From assembly GCA_036388915.1 (NCBI GenBank), contig DASVQX010000033.1:4755-68754 (forward strand): a DNA stretch of 64,000 bases, read 5' to 3'. This DNA comes from Pyrinomonadaceae bacterium. Lineage in GTDB: Bacteria > Acidobacteriota > Blastocatellia > Pyrinomonadales > Pyrinomonadaceae. A program made the translations under genes and the position numbers. The notes beneath the pieces were generated by a model. The model was not told the DNA's origin and did not search any database. It was given only the letters and a program-made list of their open reading frames with translations. Positions 52,840 to 62,234 of this stretch are shown here, one piece after another; the first letter of the stretch is position 1, and each line of letters opens with the position of its first letter.

Positions 52840-52937
52840 CCTTCCTCCAGAAAATTTCGCGGTTGCGTCTGCCTTATCTTACTAAAAACTCCGGCGGATT
52901 GCGGCGGCGCGGCCGCGCCCGCGAACGGCCCGAAAAG

Positions 52938-52966
52938 TTTTCCACAACTTCGCGGCCTGTGGAAAA
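52938..52966. promoter_or_regulatory. Inverted pair of DnaA-box-like 9-mers in the recN/dnaE divergent region
   Basis: ttttccaca (52938-52946) and tgtggaaaa (52958-52966) are exact reverse complements. Each fits TTWTNCACA. Confidence 0.3.
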
Positions 52967-53108
52967 AATAAATTGCGCCGGACGACTTTGCGGGCGCGCG
53001 CTTTGTGCTATCCTTCCGCGCCGTAAGCTATTGCGAGCGAGTCGGAGCGCCCCCCGCGCCGGCCGAGTCAAGGGGTAGAACTTTCCATCCGCATTCAAAT
53101 CGCCTGAA

Positions 53109-56100
53109 ATGTCGAACACAGACTTCGCGCACCTGCACCTTCACACCGATTATTCACTTTTAGACGGCGCCATCCAGATCAAGCCGCTCGCCGAGAGGGT
53201 CAGGGAACTCGGGATGAAGGCGTGCGCGATGACCGACCACGGGAACATGTACGGGGCGGTCTCCTTCTACAAGGAGATGAAGGCGCACGACGTGAAGCCG
53301 CTCATCGGCTGCGAGGTCTACCTCGCGCCCGGCCACCGCTCGGACAAGAGCGAGGTGAGGAAGGGCGGCAAGCCCTACAACCACATGATCCTCATCGCCA
53401 AAGACCGCGAGGGGTATCACAACCTCGTCCGCCTCACGTCGAAGGCGTTCAAGGAGGGCTTCTACCGCAAGCCGCGCATCGACCGCGAGCTGCTCTCGCG
53501 GTTCTCGGGCGGGATCGTCGGGTTGTCGGCCTGCCTGTCGGGCGTCCCGCAGGCGCACCTGAAGGAAGGAAGGCTCGAAGAGGCGGCGAAGTCGGCGCAC
53601 GAGTTTCAGGACATACTCGGCAAGGGCAACTACTTCCTTGAGATTCAGGACCACCAGCTCGAAGACCAGATCAAGATCAACAAAGACCTCATCGAGCTGT
53701 CGAAGAAGACCGGCATCCCGCTCGTCGCCACCAACGACGCGCACTACCTTTACAAAGAGGACTACGAGGCGCACGACGTGATGCTCTGCATCGGCACGGG
53801 CAAGACCGTCAACGACCAGAACCGGATGCGCTTCGGCGGGCCGCAGTGGTACGTCCGCACGCCCGAGGAGATGGCGCAAATCTTCTCGCACATCCCCGAC
53901 GCCGTCTCGCGCACCGTCGAGGTCGCCGAGATGTGCGACCTCAAGCTGCCGCTCGGCGAGAACCAGCTCCCCGTCTTCCCCATCCCGAGCGAGGAAGGCG
54001 ACATCGGCATCGACGAGTACTTCGAGAAGGTCGTCCGCGGGGGGTACGAGAAGCGGCGCGAGACCGTGTGGGACAGGATGCAATCGGAGGGGCGGCTCAA
54101 GCACAGCCTCGCCGAGTACCAGCAGCGCATCTCGACCGAGATCGCGACCATCAAGCAGATGGGCTTCCCCAGCTACTTCCTCATCGTCTGGGACTTCATC
54201 AAGTTCGCCAAAGAGCGCCACATCCCCGTCGGTCCCGGCCGCGGCTCGGCCGCCGGAAGTCTGATCGCTTACTGCTTGGAGATCACCGACGTTGACCCCT
54301 TGCAGTACGACCTGCTTTTCGAGCGCTTCCTCAACCCCGAGCGCGTCTCGATGCCGGATATCGATATCGACTTCTGCGTCAACGGCCGCGGCGAGGTCAT
54401 CAACCACGTCACGCAGCTCTACGGCCGCGAGTCGGTCTGCCAGATTATCACCTTCGGGACGATGGCCTCGAAGGCCGCCATCAAGGACGTGGGGCGCGCG
54501 CTCGACATGCCCTACGCCGACGTGGAGAAGATCGCCAAGCTCATCCCGCCGCCCATCCGCGGCCGCAACGTCTCGATCACGCAGGCGATGGAGACCGTGC
54601 CCGAGCTGAAGCAGGCGTTCGACACCGACCCGCAGGTCAAGAAGGTCATCGACATCGCCAAGCGCCTCGAAGGCTGCGCGCGCCACTCGTCGGTGCACGC
54701 GGCGGGCGTCGTCATCAGCCCGAAGCCGCTGGAGGAGTTGATTCCGGTCGCGGTCAACAACAAGCATGAGTTCACCACGCAGTTCGAGATGTCCGACCTT
54801 GAGAAGACGGGCATGCTCAAGATGGACTTCCTCGGCCTGACGACCTTAACCATCATCGACCAGTGCTGCCGGACGATTAAGGAGATGCACGGCCGCGACA
54901 TCGACTGGCACGAGGTGCCGCAGGACGACCCCAAGACCTACGAGCTGTTCGCCAAAGGGCACACCGAGGCCGTCTTCCAGTTCGAGTCGGTCGGCATGCA
55001 GGAGATTTGCCGCAAGCTGCGCCCCAAGTCGCTCGAAGACCTCTCGGCCTTGAACGCGCTCTACCGGCCGGGCCCGCTCGACGGCGGCATGGTGGACGAC
55101 TTCATCGACCGCTACCACGGCAAGAAGCCGGTCGAATACCTCGTGCCCGACATGGAGGCCATCCTCAAGAACACCTACGGGATTCTGGTCTACCAGGAGC
55201 AGATCATGCAGCTCGCGCAGAAGCTCGGCGGCTACTCGCTCGGCGAGGCCGACCTCATGCGCCGCGCGATGGGCAAGAAGAAGCGCGAGGAGATGGCCGT
55301 CCACGAGGAGAAGTTCATCTCGGGCTGCGTCAAGAACAAGATCGCCAAGAAGACCGCGCGCGAAATCTTCCGCCTCATGGCGCAGTTCGCCGACTACGGC
55401 TTTAACCGCTCGCACTCGGTCGCCTACGCGCACGTCGCGTATCAGACCGCTTACCTGAAAGCTCACTACCCCGAGCACTTCTACGCGGCGGTCATGACGA
55501 ACGTGACCGACGACACGGCGAAGATTTTCAAGTACGCGTCGGAGTTGCGCTCGCAGGGGATCAAGATGCTGCCGCCCGACGTGAACCAGTCGGGGCCCGG
55601 CTTCACGCCGGTCGAGCGCGCCGTGCGCTACGGGCTGTGCGCCATCAAGGGCCTGGGTCAGTCGGCGGTGGGCGCCATCATCGAGGCGCGGAAGGAGAAG
55701 CCCTTCCGCTCGATCTTCGACTTCGCCGAGCGCGTCGGCGAGAAGGGGTCGGGCAAGCGCGTCATCGAGAGTCTGGTCTGCGCCGGCGCGTTCGACTCGC
55801 TTAAGCCCGAGGGCGACGAGCTCCACTCCTGGCGCGCGCGCCTCAACGCGTGCGTGGACAAGGCGCTTGAGCGCGGCCACCGCGCCAAGCGCGAGCGCGA
55901 CAGCGGGCAGGTGGACATGTTCGGCTTCGCGGCGGGCGCCGCCGACGCCGACGCCGAGGAGCCGCCGCTCCCCGTCACCGGCGTCGAGCCTTGGACGCAC
56001 AAGGACTTGCTCACGCGCGAGAAGGCGGCGGTCGGCTTCTACGTCTCCGGCCACCCGCTCGAAGACTTCATCGAGAAGATCGAACAGCTCAACTGCGTCC

Positions 56101-56666
56101 CCGTCTCCGAGCTGGGGTCGGTCGAGCCGAACGCGCGGGTGAAGGTCGTCGGCGTCGTCTCGGACTTCACCGTACGCAACACGAAGAAGGGCGACCGCTA
56201 CGCCTACTTCCGTCTGGAAGATTTGACGGGCGCGGGCGTCAAGTGCGTGCTCTGGCCCGAGGCTTTCAAGACGAAGGGCGCCGACGCGGCCGACGACGTG
56301 CTGCTCGTCGCCACGGGCAGGTGCGAGGGCGAGAGCGGGCTGACCATCGTCTGCGACGAGGTGACGGCTTTAGACCGCGCGCGCGTGCCGATGTCCAACG
56401 GGCGGCCGACCTATCAGGGGCGGCTGCGCGCCAACGCCCTCGTCATCGAGTTCCCGACCTGCGACGACGTGCTGCGCGCGGGCGACAGCGTCGCCGACGC
56501 GTTGATGGCTCACCCCGGCGACTGCGAGGTCTTCATCGACCTCCACCTCGCCGAAGAGAACCTGACGGTGCGCACGCGCACGGCGCAGTTCGCGCGCGTC
56601 GCCCCCAACAAGCAGTTGCAGGAGACGCTGCTCGCCGCCGGCGTCCGCGTCCGCTGGGTGGAGTGA
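53109..56666 (+). CDS. dnaE: DNA polymerase III alpha subunit
   Basis: 1185 aa with PHP domain FAHLHLHTDYSLLDGA..MTDHGNMYG, palm/fingers GPGRGSAAGSLIAYCLEITDVDP..PDIDIDF, and a C-terminal OB fold. Confidence 0.97.
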   Translation: MSNTDFAHLHLHTDYSLLDGAIQIKPLAERVRELGMKACAMTDHGNMYGAVSFYKEMKAHDVKPLIGCEVYLAPGHRSDKSEVRKGGKPYNHMILIAKDREGYHNLVRLTSKAFKEGFYRKPRIDRELLSRFSGGIVGLSACLSGVPQAHLKEGRLEEAAKSAHEFQDILGKGNYFLEIQDHQLEDQIKINKDLIELSKKTGIPLVATNDAHYLYKEDYEAHDVMLCIGTGKTVNDQNRMRFGGPQWYVRTPEEMAQIFSHIPDAVSRTVEVAEMCDLKLPLGENQLPVFPIPSEEGDIGIDEYFEKVVRGGYEKRRETVWDRMQSEGRLKHSLAEYQQRISTEIATIKQMGFPSYFLIVWDFIKFAKERHIPVGPGRGSAAGSLIAYCLEITDVDPLQYDLLFERFLNPERVSMPDIDIDFCVNGRGEVINHVTQLYGRESVCQIITFGTMASKAAIKDVGRALDMPYADVEKIAKLIPPPIRGRNVSITQAMETVPELKQAFDTDPQVKKVIDIAKRLEGCARHSSVHAAGVVISPKPLEELIPVAVNNKHEFTTQFEMSDLEKTGMLKMDFLGLTTLTIIDQCCRTIKEMHGRDIDWHEVPQDDPKTYELFAKGHTEAVFQFESVGMQEICRKLRPKSLEDLSALNALYRPGPLDGGMVDDFIDRYHGKKPVEYLVPDMEAILKNTYGILVYQEQIMQLAQKLGGYSLGEADLMRRAMGKKKREEMAVHEEKFISGCVKNKIAKKTAREIFRLMAQFADYGFNRSHSVAYAHVAYQTAYLKAHYPEHFYAAVMTNVTDDTAKIFKYASELRSQGIKMLPPDVNQSGPGFTPVERAVRYGLCAIKGLGQSAVGAIIEARKEKPFRSIFDFAERVGEKGSGKRVIESLVCAGAFDSLKPEGDELHSWRARLNACVDKALERGHRAKRERDSGQVDMFGFAAGAADADAEEPPLPVTGVEPWTHKDLLTREKAAVGFYVSGHPLEDFIEKIEQLNCVPVSELGSVEPNARVKVVGVVSDFTVRNTKKGDRYAYFRLEDLTGAGVKCVLWPEAFKTKGADAADDVLLVATGRCEGESGLTIVCDEVTALDRARVPMSNGRPTYQGRLRANALVIEFPTCDDVLRAGDSVADALMAHPGDCEVFIDLHLAEENLTVRTRTAQFARVAPNKQLQETLLAAGVRVRWVE

Positions 56667-56804
56667 GAAACGCACGGGCGTGCAGTCGGGCAGGATGCCC
56701 ACCCCCACTCGCCGGCCGCGTGCGAAGGGGATTGGTCCGCCTGCGGGAGAGAAAGTAAATTCTCCCGCGCTTGGTAACAATTAGCTGCGAAAGGAGTCGC
56801 CCTC

Positions 56805-57995
56805 ATGACGGCCGGAAAAAAAACCTTAAAGGGAGAGCGTTTGAGCAGTTGGAGGGAGCGCGTGGAGTCACTCGGCCTCGACCCGGAGCACGACGCCGTT
56901 AACTACCCGATCGTGCGATCAACCCACCGCCTTGAGGAGTTCAAGAGGTGGTACAACGCGCCGCCCCACCCGACCCCGAAGAAGAGCGACCTCACGGCCG
57001 CGCGAGTGGCTAAGCTGCCGGACGCGTTGATGCGCCGTCACGTGGTGCGCCACGTCTTGACGGGGGAATCCGTCATCGAAGACCCGAAGGTCATCAAGGC
57101 GCTTGAGGAGCGCGTCAAGACTTTCCACACCTTCGTTCAGTCCGCGGCGGACATCACCGTCACGGCGAGCAACCCGCTTGTCATCAACTTCAGCAGCATC
57201 GTCCTCTACGGCACGGTCACGGTCAGGGACGGCGGTTACATACGCATCACGGCGGACTGCAACTTTCAGTGCGGGGCGCTGAACAACGTGTCCGGGGCGC
57301 CGAACATGATTCAGGTGCTCGGCGTCAACGGGCAGGACGGGCAGGCGGGAGATCCAGGGCAGTGGGGGTATACAGGGCTGTCGGGGGTGGACGCCCGGTG
57401 CGACTGCTGCGGCGGTCGGGTGGCCGCCGGCCCCACCTCCGGGGTAGTGGGATCGAACGGCTCGGTCGGCGGCGCCGCCAAGACCGTCGGAGGCCCCGGC
57501 CGGAGCGCGCCGACCGTCGTCTTTTCGGTGACGGACAACCTCCCGAGGCCAATCCAGTTCCTCAATCAAGGAGGCGACGGCGGCAGGGGCGGCGACGGCG
57601 GGGCCGGCGGGCAGGGGGGCCGAGGGGGCAACGGCGGCGACGGCGTCCAGTGCGGCGCCATGTTCTGCCCCGGCGCTAACGGCAGCCGGGGCGGCAACGG
57701 CGGCAACGGCGGCAACGCATCCGACGGCGGAGAAGGCGGCACAGGTGGCCGCCTCTCCATCAACGTCCCCGCGGCCCAGATTTCAAACGTGAGCGTGACG
57801 CTCGGGCTCGCCCCCGGCGGCCCGCGCGGCACCGGCGGCCTCCTCGGTCGCGGCGGGCCGGGCGGCGCGGGCGGCCGCTACCGCGGCCAAACCGGCCCCG
57901 CCGGCCGCCCCGGCGATACCAACGGCAACCCCGGCCAACCCGGCAAGCCCGGCAAAAAGGGCTCCGCCATCCTCAACGGGCGCCCCACCGGCTAA
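56805..57995 (+). CDS. Hypothetical protein with collagen-like Gly-X-Y runs and GGxGG low-complexity region
   Basis: 396-aa ORF with AAAGGAG 7 nt upstream and no signal peptide. The N-terminal ~110 aa look helical, followed by a beta-rich stretch (ITVTASNPLVINFSSIVLYGTVTVRDGGYIRITADCNF). Then GVNGQDGQAGDPGQWGYTGLSG, GGDGGRGGDGGAGGQGGRGGNGGDG and GQTGPAGRPGDTNGNPGQPGKPGKKG. Confidence 0.6.
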   Translation: MTAGKKTLKGERLSSWRERVESLGLDPEHDAVNYPIVRSTHRLEEFKRWYNAPPHPTPKKSDLTAARVAKLPDALMRRHVVRHVLTGESVIEDPKVIKALEERVKTFHTFVQSAADITVTASNPLVINFSSIVLYGTVTVRDGGYIRITADCNFQCGALNNVSGAPNMIQVLGVNGQDGQAGDPGQWGYTGLSGVDARCDCCGGRVAAGPTSGVVGSNGSVGGAAKTVGGPGRSAPTVVFSVTDNLPRPIQFLNQGGDGGRGGDGGAGGQGGRGGNGGDGVQCGAMFCPGANGSRGGNGGNGGNASDGGEGGTGGRLSINVPAAQISNVSVTLGLAPGGPRGTGGLLGRGGPGGAGGRYRGQTGPAGRPGDTNGNPGQPGKPGKKGSAILNGRPTG

Positions 57996-58012
57996 CCCCC
58001 CACCCACCAACC

Positions 58013-58041
58013 CCGGCGGGCGCCCCCCGCGCGCCCGCCGG
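58013..58041 (+). terminator. GC hairpin after the Gly-rich gene (no U-tract)
   Basis: ccggcgggcgc (58013-58023) / gcgcccgccgg (58031-58041) with a 7-nt loop. Confidence 0.35.
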
Positions 58042-58229
58042 AACCCCTTACCCCCCGCCCCCGCCCGTCCTCTACCGTGGGCCTAAAACCGTGTAATCCT
58101 TCATAAATCGGCGCGAGACGAACTGACATCGCGGCAATGTCAATTAGCATTATGGCAATACGAGTTCGTTTTACGACGAAACGAGTCCGCTTTGCGACGA
58201 AGTCGGTCGGAAATTTTCCCGCCGCGTCC

Positions 58230-58257
58230 GAACCCGTTTAGAGTGTGCCGGGTCTTA
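58230..58257 (+). promoter_or_regulatory. Candidate ECF-type promoter (GAACC-N17-GTCTTA)
   Basis: ccGAACCcgtttagagtgtgccggGTCTTAac lies about 35 nt upstream of the DUF2834 ATG (58290), which has GAAGGAGG as its RBS. Confidence 0.35.
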
Positions 58258-58289
58258 ACAGTCGGAGGCCGAGGAAGGAGGCGAGCCCG

Positions 58290-58613
58290 ATGAGGTTGAG
58301 GACGGTCTATCTGCTCCTGTGCGTGCTCGGGGTGTTGCTGCCGTACTGGCAGATTGCGCCGTGGCTGTCGGAGCACGGCCTCGACCTGCCGCTCTTCTTC
58401 GCGCAGCTTTTCGAGAACCGCGTCGGCGCCTTCTTCGGCATGGACGTGTTCGTCTCGGCGGCGGCGCTGATGGTCTTCGCTTTCGCCGAGCGGCGGCGCG
58501 CGGGCGTGCGCGGCGTGTGGCTGACGGCGGCGGCGGTCGCGGCCGTGGGCATCTCTCTGGGGCTGCCGCTGCTGCTCTACCTGCGCGAGCGCCGCTCGGG
58601 GCATGACGGGTGA
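58290..58613 (+). CDS. DUF2834 membrane protein
   Basis: MRLRTVYLLLCVLGVLLPYWQIAPWLSEHGLDLPLFFAQLFENRVGAFFGMDVFVSA. The internal ATG at 58290 is chosen over the track GTG at 58245. Confidence 0.75.
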   Translation: MRLRTVYLLLCVLGVLLPYWQIAPWLSEHGLDLPLFFAQLFENRVGAFFGMDVFVSAAALMVFAFAERRRAGVRGVWLTAAAVAAVGISLGLPLLLYLRERRSGHDG

Positions 58614-59166
58614 AGGCATGAAGGACGAGGCGAGGGCGGAACGCGAAGGCTTCCTCGTACTGCGCGCGCAGTCGGGCGACCGCGCGGCGCTGGACGCGCT
58701 GCTCGCGTCGGCGCAGGAGCCGCTCTACCGCTACGTCCTCAGCCTCGTCGGCGAGAGGCAGCTCGCCGAGGACGTTTTGCAGGAGACGTTCATACGCGTC
58801 TACCGCAAGCTCGGCTGGCTGCGCGAGCCGGCGCTGTTCCGCCCCTGGGCCTACCGCATCGCGACGCGCGAGGCTTTCAGACACCTCAAACGCGAGCGGC
58901 GCTGGGCCGAGCAGGTTCGCGACGAGGATGCTCTGAACGCGGTCGCGGCGCCGCCCGCGCGCGAGGAGTTCGCGCCCGTGCTTTCGGCGCGGCTCCGCGA
59001 GTCGGTCGCGGGGCTTTCGCCGGCCAGCCGCGCCGTCGTCGTCCTCTACTACCTGCACGAGATGTCGCTCGAAGAGACGGCCGAAGTGCTCGGCGTCCCG
59101 CTCGGGACGGTCAAGTCGCGCCTCGCCTACGGCCTCGAAGCCCTGCGCAGGCGTCTGGGGGAGTGA
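58603..59166 (+). CDS. ECF-type RNA polymerase sigma-70 family factor (second in the window)
   Basis: Region 2 is LYRYVLSLVGERQLAEDVLQETFIRVYRKL..FRPWAYRIATREAFRHLKR. Region 4 is VVVLYYLHEMSLEETAEVLGVPLGTVKSRLAYGLEALR. The start could be 58603 or 58618. Confidence 0.85.
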   Translation: MTGEGMKDEARAEREGFLVLRAQSGDRAALDALLASAQEPLYRYVLSLVGERQLAEDVLQETFIRVYRKLGWLREPALFRPWAYRIATREAFRHLKRERRWAEQVRDEDALNAVAAPPAREEFAPVLSARLRESVAGLSPASRAVVVLYYLHEMSLEETAEVLGVPLGTVKSRLAYGLEALRRRLGE

Positions 59167-59171
59167 GTTCG

Positions 59172-59333
59172 ATGGGAGGTCGAAACGCCTTGAAGAAGAA
59201 CGCTGACGGGGACTCGCGCCCGGACGAGGGCGCGGGGACTTTCGACCGCAGCTTCAAGTACGCGGTCATCATTTACGCGGTCGTCGAATTCTTGGCCGTC
59301 GCGCTGCTCGTCTACCACAAGGCGACGCGCTAA
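59172..59333 (+). CDS. Unlisted 53-aa tail-anchored membrane mini-protein
   Basis: Hand-translated: MGGRNALKKNADGDSRPDEGAGTFDRSFKYAVIIYAVVEFLAVALLVYHKATR*. It begins 5 nt after the sigma stop and has GC-rich third positions. It is below the ORF-track size cutoff. Confidence 0.4.
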   Translation: MGGRNALKKNADGDSRPDEGAGTFDRSFKYAVIIYAVVEFLAVALLVYHKATR

Positions 59334-59380
59334 GGGCGGCGGCAGTCTTTAATCTTCCCTGACGGGAACGGAGGTGCTTT

Positions 59381-59668
59381 ATGTCGGAACGTGTCAACCT
59401 GGACGCGGTGCGCGGCGAGGCGCTCAGGCGCATCGAGCGCGGCGAGCGCAACTTCAAGCTCGCCTTTTTCGCGGCGGTCGTCTTCGAGGGACTCTTCCTC
59501 GCGGCCTTCCTGCTCGCGGCCGACCTCACAAACCGCACACACCTGTTGCTGCTCATCGCCACGGTGGGCGGCTACACGGTCGTCGTGCTCGGCCTCGTCA
59601 CGCTCGGGGCGCACGTCAGCCGCGGCTTCGCGCGGGTGCTCAAGGCCGTCGAACTGCTCGACAGGTAA
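59381..59668 (+). CDS. Small 2-TM membrane protein (possible anti-sigma partner)
   Basis: 95 aa: MSERVNLDAVRGEALRRIERGERNFKLAFFAAVVFEGLFLAAFLLAA..LLLLIATVGGYTVVVLGLVTLGA. GGAGGTG lies upstream. Confidence 0.55.
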   Translation: MSERVNLDAVRGEALRRIERGERNFKLAFFAAVVFEGLFLAAFLLAADLTNRTHLLLLIATVGGYTVVVLGLVTLGAHVSRGFARVLKAVELLDR

Positions 59669-59696
59669 AGCTCTACGGCGCTGTCGTGGCGGGGCG

Positions 59697-59736
59697 AAAA
59701 AAAGCGTCCGGGGCGCGGCCGGCCGCGCCCCGGACG
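59697..59736 (-). terminator. Perfect 16-bp GC hairpin with a U-tract only on the minus strand
   Basis: aaaaaaa gc gtccggggcgcggcc|ggccgcgccccggac g. The minus strand reads stem-loop then CTTTTTTT. The plus strand is followed by ttgcaactt. Confidence 0.5.
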
Positions 59737-59990
59737 TTGCAACTTCGTACGGTTGTGGTGCATCATAGCTGCCGTCAATCCTTCTCTCGCGCATCGACGG
59801 TGATGCGCCCCGCGCCCAGAGGTAACTGGCGGCGGCGTTCTGGATGGTTCGAGAGCAGGCTACTTACAACTGACCGGAAGCCGCTCTTCGAGAGCACCCC
59901 AGACGCGAGCCTTCGTTGCCACCGTCCCGCCGAAGAAAACTTCAATGGGAAGCTTCTCTTGATACTCCTTACAAGGAGAGGTATACCTGA

Positions 59991-60395
59991 ATGTCAATCA
60001 AACTTTACGTCGGGAACTTGTCGTTCCAGACTTCGAGCGAAGACCTGCGCGAGCTGTTCTCGCAGGCGGGCACGGTCGAGTCGGCGTCGGTCGTCGAAGA
60101 CCGCGACACGGGCCGTTCGCGCGGCTTCGGCTTCGTCGAGATGGCGACGCGCGAGGAAGGCGAGGCGGCGATCCAGCAGTTCAACGGCAAGGAAGTCGGC
60201 GGGCGCGCGCTTAACGTCAACGAGGCTCGCCCGCGCGAGGATCGCGGCGGCGGCGGGCGCGGCGGCTTCGGCGGCGGCGGCGGGCGCGGCGGCGGCTTCG
60301 GCGGCGGTGGGAACCGCGGCGGTGGCGGCGGCTTCGGCGGCGGCGGCGGCCGTGGTGGCGGCGGCGGCGGCGGCAACCGCGAGCCGCGCTGGTAA
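59991..60395 (+). CDS. RRM (RNP-1) RNA-binding protein with RGG/Gly-rich tail
   Basis: RNP-2 is LYVGNLSF and RNP-1 is RGFGFVEM. The C-terminus is ([12 protein letters not shown])n. AAGGAGAGG is the RBS. Confidence 0.9.
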   Translation: MSIKLYVGNLSFQTSSEDLRELFSQAGTVESASVVEDRDTGRSRGFGFVEMATREEGEAAIQQFNGKEVGGRALNVNEARPREDRGGGGRGGFGGGGGRGGGFGGGGNRGGGGGFGGGGGRGGGGGGGNREPRW

Positions 60396-60421
60396 GCGCG
60401 GCTCCAACGCCAGCGACCCTT

Positions 60422-60470
60422 GAGAAAGCGCCTCTGGCAACAGACACCGCCGGAGGCGCTTTCTCTTTTT
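60422..60470 (+). terminator. Intrinsic terminator after the RRM gene
   Basis: gagaaagcgcctc (60422-60434) / gaggcgctttctc (60453-60465) followed by ttttt. Confidence 0.8.
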
Positions 60471-60519
60471 CAAACGTAGTCCGCCCCCGACCGCAGGGGG
60501 CGGCGTTAGAAGGTACTGA

Positions 60520-61749
<1,230 letters not shown>

Positions 61750-61830
61750 CATACGGTTTAAGACAACGGCCGCGCGGCGCCCCCAAGCCCCGCGCGGCCC
61801 CAACCGCAACCAGACATAAGGAGACAACGA

Positions 61831-62052
61831 TTGGCTAAAGAAGATTTAGTCCCGGCTTCGGGCGTGGTGGTTGACAAGCAGCCCAACGCCTTCTTCATGG
61901 TGCAGATCGACAACAGCGACCACGTCGTGCTCGCGCAGATTTCGGGCAAGATGCGCAAGAACCGCATCCGCATCCTCGTCGGCGACCGCGTGAGCGTCGA
62001 ACTCTCGCCCTACGACCTGACGCGCGGCCGCATCACGTACCGTTACAAGTAA
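61831..62052 (+). CDS. infA: Translation initiation factor IF-1
   Basis: 72 aa after a TTG start: [72 protein letters not shown]. Confidence 0.95.
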   Translation: MAKEDLVPASGVVVDKQPNAFFMVQIDNSDHVVLAQISGKMRKNRIRILVGDRVSVELSPYDLTRGRITYRYK

Positions 62053-62144
62053 GCACCTCCTCCCCTTACGGGACTGCGGGAGCGTCAAAGCCTCTCCAAG
62101 GGACGCCTTCAGCCCGCAAGTACCGAGCGAGCCCCTAAAACTTT

Positions 62145-62170
62145 TGTGGCGGCGCACACGCGCCGCCACA
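62145..62170. terminator. Hairpin between convergent infA and the membrane-protein gene
   Basis: tgtggcggcgc / gcgccgccaca, a perfect 11-bp stem with loop acac, preceded by aaaactttt. Confidence 0.6.
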
Positions 62171-62234
62171 GACAACACCCACGCGAGCCGCGCCGCGACC
62201 GCGCGCCGCCTTTCGCCCGTCCTTACAAACGACT

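Noticed and set aside
52840-53108. LexA/SOS box upstream of recN, or a replication origin
   Set aside because: No CTGT-N8-ACAG, GAAC-N4-GTTC or GTTC-N7-GTTC motif was found by eye. Only two DnaA-like boxes are present, with no AT-rich unwinding region and no dnaA/dnaN nearby, so this is not an oriC call.
59841-59860. tRNA-like T-loop string ggttcgagagc
   Set aside because: The flanking bases do not form a T-stem or acceptor stem. No cloverleaf can be drawn.
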